In this document: positions 31,901 to 40,061 of the stretch, piece after piece | How positions within the stretch are numbered: position 1 is the stretch's first letter | Layout of the letters: every line of letters begins with the position of its first letter | Assembly (NCBI GenBank): GCA_902589725.1 | Contig: CACITU010000003.1 | Location: 20,655 to 84,654, forward strand | DNA length: 64,000 nucleotides | Reading direction: 5' to 3' | Source of the DNA: an uncultured Pelagibacteraceae bacterium | Lineage (GTDB): Bacteria; Pseudomonadota; Alphaproteobacteria; Pelagibacterales; Pelagibacteraceae | Translations under genes and position numbers: made by a program | Notes under the pieces: model-generated | What the model saw: the letters and a program-made list of their open reading frames with translations, nothing else | Told to the model about the DNA's origin: nothing | Databases searched by the model: none

Positions 31901-33066
31901 GAAACTTTTTTTACTTCAGTATCAAAGTCATCTTGGAAGTGAGGCATAACTTTTTCTGTGAAAAGTTTTATACTTTTCATACAATCTTTATGCTTCACAC
32001 CTGGAAAATTAGACCAAACTTGCAAATTTTGTAAATTGAGTTCAGATTTTAATTCATGAATTTTATCAATCACATATTCTGGTGTTCCAAATAACATGTT
32101 TCTTTTATGTAAAAATTCATAATTTAATAAATCCAATTTACCTTTTGTTTCAGGTAGTTCTTCACCAGGATCCATATGATTTCCCAAACCTCTCCAATGA
32201 CAAACCCATCTCATATAATTTACCATATGTTCACCAGCTTTTTCTTTTGCCTCTTCCATCGTATCTGCAACAAACATATCTCTTACAAGAGACACCCCTT
32301 CGCCAAGAGGTATATTTTTCTTTGTTACCTCTGATCTTTTATTTTTATAAGCTTCAAATTTTGGTTTCAAAGCTTTTACAGTTGGAATCCACATAATAAC
32401 ATTAATGTTATTTTCAGCAGCCCACTCAATTGATCTAATTCCATCAACAACTTGATGAATTGGAGGATGCGGCTGTTGATATGGTTGTGGAACAACACTA
32501 ATTTTTTTCATAGTACTGTCCTCCATATTCATAAATTCTTCACTTGGAGGACTCATATCATGCTGCCAAACATAATTTGGTGATGGATAAGTATAAAATT
32601 CTCCTTGATGATTGAAAAATTTTTCACTCCATGCTTTCTTTAATACCTCTAAAGTCTCAGCAAATAATCTGAAATTTTTAGCCTGATCTTTTAAATCGGC
32701 CTCTTTGTTTAGATTTATTGCTTCTCTACCATAAATTCCTCTTGCTACACCTACTTCAACTCTCCCTTTTGAAAGTTGATCTAATGTTGCAATATCTTCT
32801 GCTAATCTTATTGGATTATGAAAAGTAATAACGTTTGCAGCTTGGCCTATTCTTATATTTTTTGTTCTTGCAGCTGCATCTGCACCCATCATTAATGGAT
32901 TTGTACAAGACTCCATTCCCTCGTGATTGAAATGATGTTCTGTAAACCAAATTGAATTCCATTTGTTTTGATCACAGTATTCTGTAATTTCTTTAGTCTC
33001 ATCTAGCAATTGATGATAAGGTTTGTGTGTCCAGTTTGTGGTGTTACAAAAATAACCAAATTTCAT
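31897..33066 (-). CDS. LLM-class (luciferase-like) flavin-dependent monooxygenase
   Basis: WFTEHHF, NPIRLAEDIATLDQLSKGRVEVGVARG, PYQQPHPP, GTPE. True start ATG 33066 with SD AAGGAG. Confidence 0.92.
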   Translation of the reverse strand: MKFGYFCNTTNWTHKPYHQLLDETKEITEYCDQNKWNSIWFTEHHFNHEGMESCTNPLMMGADAAARTKNIRIGQAANVITFHNPIRLAEDIATLDQLSKGRVEVGVARGIYGREAINLNKEADLKDQAKNFRLFAETLEVLKKAWSEKFFNHQGEFYTYPSPNYVWQHDMSPPSEEFMNMEDSTMKKISVVPQPYQQPHPPIHQVVDGIRSIEWAAENNINVIMWIPTVKALKPKFEAYKNKRSEVTKKNIPLGEGVSLVRDMFVADTMEEAKEKAGEHMVNYMRWVCHWRGLGNHMDPGEELPETKGKLDLLNYEFLHKRNMLFGTPEYVIDKIHELKSELNLQNLQVWSNFPGVKHKDCMKSIKLFTEKVMPHFQDDFDTEVKKVS

Positions 33067-33153
33067 AAAGTCTCCTTTAAAAATTAATTTAAAGACGACC
33101 GATCCCACTTTCGTAAATTTTTGAATTTAACGACGAGTTATGTATCGCTTTAT
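33067..33153 (-). promoter_or_regulatory. Candidate cis-regulatory structured leader RNA (riboswitch-like)
   Basis: Outer stem UAAAGCGAU/GUCGUCUUUA, inner stem UCGUUAAAUU/AAUUUACGA, and a competing anti-SD hairpin CUUUAAA/UUUAAAG; read by eye. Confidence 0.5.
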
Positions 33154-33171
33154 ATGTAAACATTATAATTA

Positions 33172-34140
33172 CTAACGTTGATATTCAATAAATTTCTTTA
33201 AAGATTTGTTAAGAAATTTCTCATAAATTAGACCATTATTTTTGAATTTGCTTCTATTTAAAAATGAGCGGTTCATTTTGAAATCATATGAAGGTTCGAA
33301 GAAAAAAGGAACAGAGAGCCTCTTACTTTTATTCCACAAAACCCTATGATTGGTTGCTTTAAATTTACCTTTACTTAAATATTCTAAAGCTCTTCCCGTG
33401 TTTACTACTAAAGCCTTTTTATTAAATGGTACATCATACCATTTTTTGTTTTTTCTATTTTGTACTTGTAATCCACCTTTTCTATCTTGGTAGAGAACTG
33501 TAAATATTCCACTATCAACATGAGTTTCACATCCAAGCGCTACTCCATCTTGTTTTGATATTTCTACTGGTTTAGTTTGATTTGGGTAATAATTAAATCT
33601 TAATGTACTTAATGTTTTTAATCTTGAAAAAGCTGCACTAGAAATATCAGGATTTTTTTTATTAAGTTTTATCAGACTTTTAAACAATATTTCACTCAAT
33701 CTATAAATGTTATCAAAATATTTGTTTAAAGTATTAATTGAGTTTTTATTAAAACACACGCCTAGATTAATAAACTCTATGTATTGATTTTTGAGATTTG
33801 AAGAATATTTTTTAGTTACTTTTAAATCACCTATATCCAGACCCTCTTTTCCATTAACATCATTAGGAAAATATCCTCTGTATAAATTTTTATTTTTTTT
33901 ATTCCATTTTTTCGGTGCTAATCTTCTTTTCATGCTGTCTGGTAAATTAAAAAATTTATTAGCAACTTCACATGTTTTTTTTATTTCTTTCTGATTAATT
34001 CCATGTCCAGTAATTTGAAAAAATCCTACATTGACACAAGCTTTTTCAATTTCTTTAATTGTTTTAAATGCATTTTGAGTTTCAAAATTATTTTTTATTA
34101 AAGATGAAATATTAATTGTTGGTATAAAGTTCTTGCTCAT
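33172..34140 (-). CDS. 2OG-Fe(II) oxygenase, IPNS/DIOX family
   Basis: ACVNVGFFQITGHGI, LRFNYYP, HVD, NTG, NHRV, RLSVPFF (HxD...H...RxS). Confidence 0.9.
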   Translation of the reverse strand: MSKNFIPTINISSLIKNNFETQNAFKTIKEIEKACVNVGFFQITGHGINQKEIKKTCEVANKFFNLPDSMKRRLAPKKWNKKNKNLYRGYFPNDVNGKEGLDIGDLKVTKKYSSNLKNQYIEFINLGVCFNKNSINTLNKYFDNIYRLSEILFKSLIKLNKKNPDISSAAFSRLKTLSTLRFNYYPNQTKPVEISKQDGVALGCETHVDSGIFTVLYQDRKGGLQVQNRKNKKWYDVPFNKKALVVNTGRALEYLSKGKFKATNHRVLWNKSKRLSVPFFFEPSYDFKMNRSFLNRSKFKNNGLIYEKFLNKSLKKFIEYQR

Positions 34141-35090
34141 CTTCTAACAGGTGTTTCTGTTGCAATAAATTGATCTCTAACTCTCTCTCTCATATAAATA
34201 TAAATTCCAGCTGCTATAATACACGCAACACCAATAAATGTTCTGGTCGTTGGCACCTCATTAAATAAAAAGTAGCCAGGTATCATAGACATAATTATTA
34301 ATGAGTACTCAAACAAAGAAACAACAGATGGTGATGCAACTATATATGCTGAAAAAATACAAACAAAAGCTATTGATGCAGCAAAACCAAAAAATAAAAT
34401 AAATTTCCATGTATATTCAATATTTGAAAACCATTCTCTAAAGATGAATTGTATTGTTGGATCAAAGTTTGGATTATTTAGCTGACCACTTCCCATAAAA
34501 AAATACAAAATTACACACAGCAATATTGCAATTAGATAAAAGTAGTAAAGTTGGGTGTTAACATCATCTTTATCGGATGTATATTTTGTGATTGTCATAG
34601 AGGCCGCATAACAAAATGCGCAAAAAACTGGTAAAAGACTTCGATATTCAAAGTCTGAAAAATTTGGATTCAAGACGATAAAAACGCCAATAAAACCAAA
34701 AACAATTGCTGACCACCTTCTAATACCAATAGTTTCTTTTAAAAATAACTTTGCAAATATTGATACGAAAAAAGGGGAGGAAAAAAATAGAGCATTTGCT
34801 GTTGCCAAAGGCATAAAAGTTAATGAGATAAAAAAAGCAGAAAAAGCAATAAAATGCAAAATCACTCTTAGTATTGTTAAAAAAGGATAGTAAGTTTTAA
34901 GAGAGACTTTTTGTTTTCGGAATTTTATGTAACCAAAAAGCAAAATTGCTGCAACAAAATATCTTCCAAAAAATATTTCATATAAAGCTGCTTTTTCAAA
35001 AATAAATTTAATTAAAGCATCCTGCATTGCAAAAAATGTCATTGCAGTAATTATTAGGAGTATACCTTTTGAATTATTATTAGCGCTCAT
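34137..35090 (-). CDS. EamA/DMT family transporter
   Basis: MQDALIK, LKETIGIRRWSA, SLFEYS; hydrophobic two-repeat layout. Confidence 0.88.
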   Translation of the reverse strand: MSANNNSKGILLIITAMTFFAMQDALIKFIFEKAALYEIFFGRYFVAAILLFGYIKFRKQKVSLKTYYPFLTILRVILHFIAFSAFFISLTFMPLATANALFFSSPFFVSIFAKLFLKETIGIRRWSAIVFGFIGVFIVLNPNFSDFEYRSLLPVFCAFCYAASMTITKYTSDKDDVNTQLYYFYLIAILLCVILYFFMGSGQLNNPNFDPTIQFIFREWFSNIEYTWKFILFFGFAASIAFVCIFSAYIVASPSVVSLFEYSLIIMSMIPGYFLFNEVPTTRTFIGVACIIAAGIYIYMRERVRDQFIATETPVRR

Positions 35091-35130
35091 TATGCACCTA
35101 TATCAAAAAAAAATTGTATAGAATATTTAA

Positions 35131-35592
35131 TTATTTCTTTAATTTAGAAGAGAATAGAAGACCTTCGTTTGAAAATTCTGACTTATTTTCTTCAATAAAA
35201 TCTCTCATTAGTTTTAATTTTTCTTCCTCAAATTCAGTGACTTTCCTTTTGCTTAAATCTATATATAGCGATATCCATTCCATAGAGGCTGAAAGTTTGT
35301 TAGTTTTTTGAGAAATCATTTCCATTTTTAAATGAAGTCTTTTTTTGTCATGGTCGAAATAGGTTAGATTAACATTTACTCTTTCACCTTCTTTAACTTC
35401 ATTTAAGTATTTAGTATTTGTTTCAACAACCATTGTACTTCTATTAAGATTTTTTGCTGCAGTCCCTCCCATTTTGAATTTTTCAAGTGCAACTTCCCAT
35501 GCTTGATCAAAAACAAGAACATAATAAGCCATGTTCATGTGATTGTTGTAATCAACCCATTCCTTTTTTACTTCGAAAGTTTTTAATAACAC
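35131..35592 (-). CDS. Hotdog-fold acyl-CoA thioesterase (CdhB-like)
   Basis: EWVDYNNHMNMAYY, DHDKKRLHL, as in carnitine-pathway thioesterase domains. Confidence 0.8.
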   Translation of the reverse strand: MLLKTFEVKKEWVDYNNHMNMAYYVLVFDQAWEVALEKFKMGGTAAKNLNRSTMVVETNTKYLNEVKEGERVNVNLTYFDHDKKRLHLKMEMISQKTNKLSASMEWISLYIDLSKRKVTEFEEEKLKLMRDFIEENKSEFSNEGLLFSSKLKK

Positions 35593-35593
35593 T

Positions 35594-36619
35594 TTATGAT
35601 CTTGTTAATGAAGACTGTAATTCTTGATTTGAAATGTATCCCTTTACATTTCCACTTTTATCAACCACTTCACAGTTTGAATCAGAGCATACGATTTTTG
35701 GTAAAAAATCTTCTATAAATTCATCTTCATTTACTTTTATTAAGTTTGATTTATCTATGTCATTAGCTTGATCAGCAGTTTTCATAATAATCTTTGCCTT
35801 GATAACTTTTGCTCTGTTCACATCTTTTACAAAAGCTTTTACATAATCATCAGCAGGGTTCATAATAATTTCCTCTGGAGTTCCAACTTGAACTAATTTT
35901 CCAGAATTTAATATCCCGATATGATCTCCCAATCTTAATGATTCATCCAAATCATGTGTAATAAATACAATTGTTTTTTTTAATTCTGCTTGAAGATCAA
36001 TTAATTGTTTCTGCATATCACTTCTAATTAGAGGATCTAGAGCGCTGAAAGCTTCATCCATTAACATAATATCTGTATCAGTAGCTAACGCTCGTGCTAA
36101 ACCAACACGTTGCTGCATTCCTCCTGATAATTGTGCTGGGTATTGATTTTCAAAACCAGTTAGACCAACAGCATCAATTTTTTCCATTGAGATTTTATTT
36201 CTTTCATCCTCATTTTTTCCTTGCATTTCTAGTCCATAACCAACATTTTGAATAACTGTCTTATGTGGGAACAAGCCAAATCTTTGAAATACCATACTCA
36301 TTTTATGTCTTCTAAATTCAATAAGTTTATCTTTATCAAGTGACATTACATTCGTGCCCTCAACTAAAATTTCGCCGTCAGTTGGATCGATTAGTCTATT
36401 TAAGTGTCTTATAAGTGTTGATTTTCCTGATCCTGATAAACCCATGCAAACAAATGTTTCTCCTTCTTCAATTTTAAGTGAGACATTATCTAATCCAACG
36501 GTATGGCCAGTTTGCTCTAAAATTTCATCTTTTGTTGCACCATCTTTTACCATTGGCAGTACAGAAATAGGGTTGTTTCCAAAAATTTTATATACGTTGT
36601 TGATCTCAATTTTTGACAT
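35594..36619 (-). CDS. proV: Glycine betaine/proline/carnitine ABC ATP-binding protein (ProV/OpuAA family)
   Basis: YKIFG, MGLSGSGKSTL, LSGGMQQRVGLARAL, MDEAFSALDPLIR, FITHDLDE. Confidence 0.9.
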   Translation of the reverse strand: MSKIEINNVYKIFGNNPISVLPMVKDGATKDEILEQTGHTVGLDNVSLKIEEGETFVCMGLSGSGKSTLIRHLNRLIDPTDGEILVEGTNVMSLDKDKLIEFRRHKMSMVFQRFGLFPHKTVIQNVGYGLEMQGKNEDERNKISMEKIDAVGLTGFENQYPAQLSGGMQQRVGLARALATDTDIMLMDEAFSALDPLIRSDMQKQLIDLQAELKKTIVFITHDLDESLRLGDHIGILNSGKLVQVGTPEEIIMNPADDYVKAFVKDVNRAKVIKAKIIMKTADQANDIDKSNLIKVNEDEFIEDFLPKIVCSDSNCEVVDKSGNVKGYISNQELQSSLTRS

Positions 36620-36744
36620 GAGGTAATGTTCTAACAGTTACAATGATGATATGTAAAACAAATATTATACAACTTATAATTGTTTTAAGAAATAACAGTT
36701 GTATTTATTTGCTTTTACTTAATTTTTTAATAAGAATTTTACAT

Positions 36745-37476
36745 ATGGCGCAAACAGATAAAGATGTGCGATTAGAGTTGTCAGCTCTCTATAGAATTTT
36801 ACATATGTACGGTATGACTGATCTTGCAAATCAATGTGCAGGCGCAAGATCTGCTGAAGATAAAAATTGTTCTTTTGTTCATCCATATGGAATGTTTTAT
36901 GAAGAAATTACCGCATCATCTTTAGTTAAAATTGATCAAAACGGAAAAAAATTAGACTCAGATGGACCTTGGTTAAACGATGGATGTATTAATCTTGCTC
37001 AATGGATTTTTAATAAAAGAGACGATGTAAATTTTTATGTTCACGGACATGCCAATGATGTGATGGCAGTTGGTGGCACTAAAGAGGGTTTAATGTATCT
37101 CTCACAGGCTGCAGTTTATTTAAATCATCTTGTTGGATATATTGATTATGAATTTGTTGAAGACAAAGAATTTGGAAGCAAGTTTGAAAACCTAATTAGC
37201 AAACACGATATTTTGATTACTAGAAATCATGGATATTACACAGTTGGAAAAACGGCTGCAGAAGCATTTTTCAGAGCTTATTATCTGGAGCAAGCATGTT
37301 CAGTTCAGGTAAAAAATCTCGCTATGGGTTTAAACAAACATGAAATAGACAAACAAAAAGCTGCGTATTTCTGGGAAAACATGAGTGACTCTGATGATTA
37401 TAATTATGATGGAAAAACGGAGTGGGCTGCTTTATTAAGAAAACTAGAAAGAGAACATTCAAATTATAAAAATTAA
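36745..37476 (+). CDS. Class II aldolase/adducin family protein
   Basis: RLELSALYR, YGMFYEEITASSLVKID, HGH, RNHG metal ligands. Likely start ATG 36745. Confidence 0.88.
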   Translation: MAQTDKDVRLELSALYRILHMYGMTDLANQCAGARSAEDKNCSFVHPYGMFYEEITASSLVKIDQNGKKLDSDGPWLNDGCINLAQWIFNKRDDVNFYVHGHANDVMAVGGTKEGLMYLSQAAVYLNHLVGYIDYEFVEDKEFGSKFENLISKHDILITRNHGYYTVGKTAAEAFFRAYYLEQACSVQVKNLAMGLNKHEIDKQKAAYFWENMSDSDDYNYDGKTEWAALLRKLEREHSNYKN

Positions 37477-38627
37477 TGGAAAAAAATTTTACAATTAAGA
37501 ACATAACTAAAAACTCTACAAATTTAGAAGTTGACTGGAGTGATGGAAAAAAAAGTAAATTTAATTATTTATGGCTAAGAGACAATTGTCCAACTGCACA
37601 TGATAAAGACTCTCGTCATAGAATGTTTAATATTTTAAAAGTATCAAACAATATTAACCCAAAAAAATTTGCGGTTAATAACGAAGGTAAGCTTGAAATT
37701 GAATGGAGTGAAGGAGATCACATAAGTTATTATGATCAAAATTGGTTGAGAGAAAACTGCTATACAATAAAAAATAATTTAGAATATAAGTCACCATATC
37801 AACTTTGGGATAACTCTTTACAAAATGACTTGAAATCAATTGAGATCGAACATGATGAAATTATGAGTTCAGACGAGGGGCTTGTCAGATGGTTAGAACT
37901 CTTACATCATACTGGAATTGCTATAGTAAAAAATGCTCCAACTGAAAATAATTCTGGATTTAAAATTTTAAATAGAATTAGCCATACTAGGGAAACTTTT
38001 TTTAAAACACCTTTTGAAGTAATTAACATTCCTAAACCAAATAATTCTGCCTACACAGCACATGCCTTAAGAAATCATATGGATTTACCGTGGTTTGAAA
38101 CACCACCTGGTTATCAATTTCTTCATTGTTTAGTTAATTCTGCAACAGGAGGAGACTCGTCCGCTGTAGATGGCTTTGCAGTTGCAGATTATTTAAGAAA
38201 AAATGATAAAGAAATATTTGATACGCTAGTAAAAGTTCATTTAAAATTTAGAGACATGGATTATACACAAGAGTCTGTTAGAAGTTATTACGCACCCGCG
38301 ATATCTCTAACAAAAGATAATGATTACCATGATATTCGGTTTAGTGTAGCAACTATGGATGCTTTAGACTGTCATCCTGATTTGATGGATAAGGTTTACA
38401 AAGCTCATCACCGATTTGGAAATTTACTCCATGACGATCAATTCCAGATTAAATTTAGATTAGGACCAGGTGATATTTTTTCTTTTAACAATAGACGATT
38501 ATTACACGGCAGAACTGAATATGATCCAAACTCAGGACATAGACATTTACAAGGTTATTACATGGATCGAGATGAAATTGTTGGAAGACTAAGATATTTA
38601 AAAAATTCGGTTAACTCCACCCAGTAA
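37476..38627 (+). CDS. Gamma-butyrobetaine/trimethyllysine dioxygenase-like protein (DUF971 + TauD domains)
   Basis: WLRDNCP N-terminal domain, AYT..L..HMD, PGYQFLHCL, VDGF, FNNRRLLHGR, RHLQGYY. Confidence 0.9.
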   Translation: MEKNFTIKNITKNSTNLEVDWSDGKKSKFNYLWLRDNCPTAHDKDSRHRMFNILKVSNNINPKKFAVNNEGKLEIEWSEGDHISYYDQNWLRENCYTIKNNLEYKSPYQLWDNSLQNDLKSIEIEHDEIMSSDEGLVRWLELLHHTGIAIVKNAPTENNSGFKILNRISHTRETFFKTPFEVINIPKPNNSAYTAHALRNHMDLPWFETPPGYQFLHCLVNSATGGDSSAVDGFAVADYLRKNDKEIFDTLVKVHLKFRDMDYTQESVRSYYAPAISLTKDNDYHDIRFSVATMDALDCHPDLMDKVYKAHHRFGNLLHDDQFQIKFRLGPGDIFSFNNRRLLHGRTEYDPNSGHRHLQGYYMDRDEIVGRLRYLKNSVNSTQ

Positions 38628-40041
38628 CATTCTTTACTTCAAGATATTCCTCAAGGCCCCAAACACCTCCTTCTCTCCCATTACCTGATTGTCTGTAACC
38701 ACCAAATGGAGTTCCGGCATCTGCTCCATTGCCATTAATATAAACACAGCCTGATCTCAATTTTTTAGCAACTCTATGTGCTTTCTCTCTATCTTCAGTT
38801 TGCAAATAATTTCCAAGACCATAAGAAGTATCATTTACAATATTGACTGCCTCATCTTCAGTTTCAAAGGGAATTATAGATAATACAGGCCCAAAAATTT
38901 CTTCTTTAGCAATCCTCATTTCATTAGTTACATCTGTAAATATAGTTGGTTTGATGAAGTATCCTTTGTTTAAACCGTTTGGTAACTCAGGTCCACCTGC
39001 TGCAAGAGTTGCACCTTCAGAAATTCCACTTTCAATAAGATTTATAATTTTATCATATTGAACTTTAGAGATGACCGGCCCTATATGATCTCCTTTTTTT
39101 GAAGCTTGATCTACTTTAATTTTGTTTGCTTCATCTACAGCTTCTTTAACAGCTCTTTCGTAAATTGATTTTTCAACAAGCATCCTTGTTGGTGCATCAC
39201 AAGATTGACCAGAATTACTCATTACATTTCTAATACCGTCTCTTACTGCATCTTTATAACTATCAGCAAAAACAATATTTCCACCTTTTCCACCTAATTC
39301 AAGACAAACTCTTTTTATTGTTTCTGCAGCATTTTTTGAAATTAATCTTCCTGCTCGTGTTGAACCTGTGAAAGAAACCATATCAATATCAGGGTGGCTT
39401 GAAATGTGGGTTCCCACTCCTGCACCGTCTCCATTTACCAAATTAAATACACCTTTTGGAAAACCTGCTTCATCAATCATTTCTGCAAATAGCATTCCAG
39501 AAATAGGAGCAATTTCTGATGGTTTTAAAATCATTGTACATCCAGTTGCGAATGCAGGAACGACTTTTAAAGCAATTTGATTAATTGGCCAATTCCACGG
39601 TGTGATTAATCCACAAACTCCAATTGGCTCATAATAGATGTGATTATTTGATTTATTATCAAAGTGTTCATCAAATTTAAAATTTTTTAATCTTAAAATA
39701 AAATCATCTAAATGATCTTTCCCTGAAGCTGTTTGAACCTCTTTTGCCCAATCCATTGGTGCACCCATTTCAAGAGAAATAGCCTCAGCCATTTCATTAA
39801 ATCTTTTTTTATAAACTAATGATAATTTTTCAAGCAAACTGAGCTTTTCTTCCTTGCTAGTTTCTTTCCAAGTATCAAAGGCATTTTTTGCTGATTTAAC
39901 AGCTAAATCTGTATCCTCTTTTGAACCCAAAGAAATAACAGCAAACGGATCCTCATTACATGGATTAATGACTTCAAAATCATTTTTTTTAATTGGATCA
40001 ACCCACTGACCATTAATGTAAAATTTTCTTTTATCTAACAT
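38611..40041 (-). CDS. Aldehyde dehydrogenase
   Basis: ITPWNWP, KPSE, FTGS, LELGGKG, GQSCDAPTR, EEIFGPV. Confidence 0.93.
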   Translation of the reverse strand: MLDKRKFYINGQWVDPIKKNDFEVINPCNEDPFAVISLGSKEDTDLAVKSAKNAFDTWKETSKEEKLSLLEKLSLVYKKRFNEMAEAISLEMGAPMDWAKEVQTASGKDHLDDFILRLKNFKFDEHFDNKSNNHIYYEPIGVCGLITPWNWPINQIALKVVPAFATGCTMILKPSEIAPISGMLFAEMIDEAGFPKGVFNLVNGDGAGVGTHISSHPDIDMVSFTGSTRAGRLISKNAAETIKRVCLELGGKGGNIVFADSYKDAVRDGIRNVMSNSGQSCDAPTRMLVEKSIYERAVKEAVDEANKIKVDQASKKGDHIGPVISKVQYDKIINLIESGISEGATLAAGGPELPNGLNKGYFIKPTIFTDVTNEMRIAKEEIFGPVLSIIPFETEDEAVNIVNDTSYGLGNYLQTEDREKAHRVAKKLRSGCVYINGNGADAGTPFGGYRQSGNGREGGVWGLEEYLEVKNVTGWS

Positions 40042-40061
40042 CTTCTATCTTAACATATTAA

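Noticed and set aside
33067-33108. N-terminal extension of the LLM ORF from GTG 33108
   Set aside because: A clear SD precedes ATG 33066, and MKFG is the typical LLM N-terminus; the extension is leader sequence.
31897-34140. Bioluminescence (luciferase) or beta-lactam synthesis (isopenicillin N synthase)
   Set aside because: Fold-level family names only; no luxCDE, second lux subunit or ACV synthetase/NRPS is present.
36643-36744. Hydrophobic N-terminal extension of the aldolase
   Set aside because: AT-rich divergent promoter region read in frame; the family-like sequence begins at ATG 36745.
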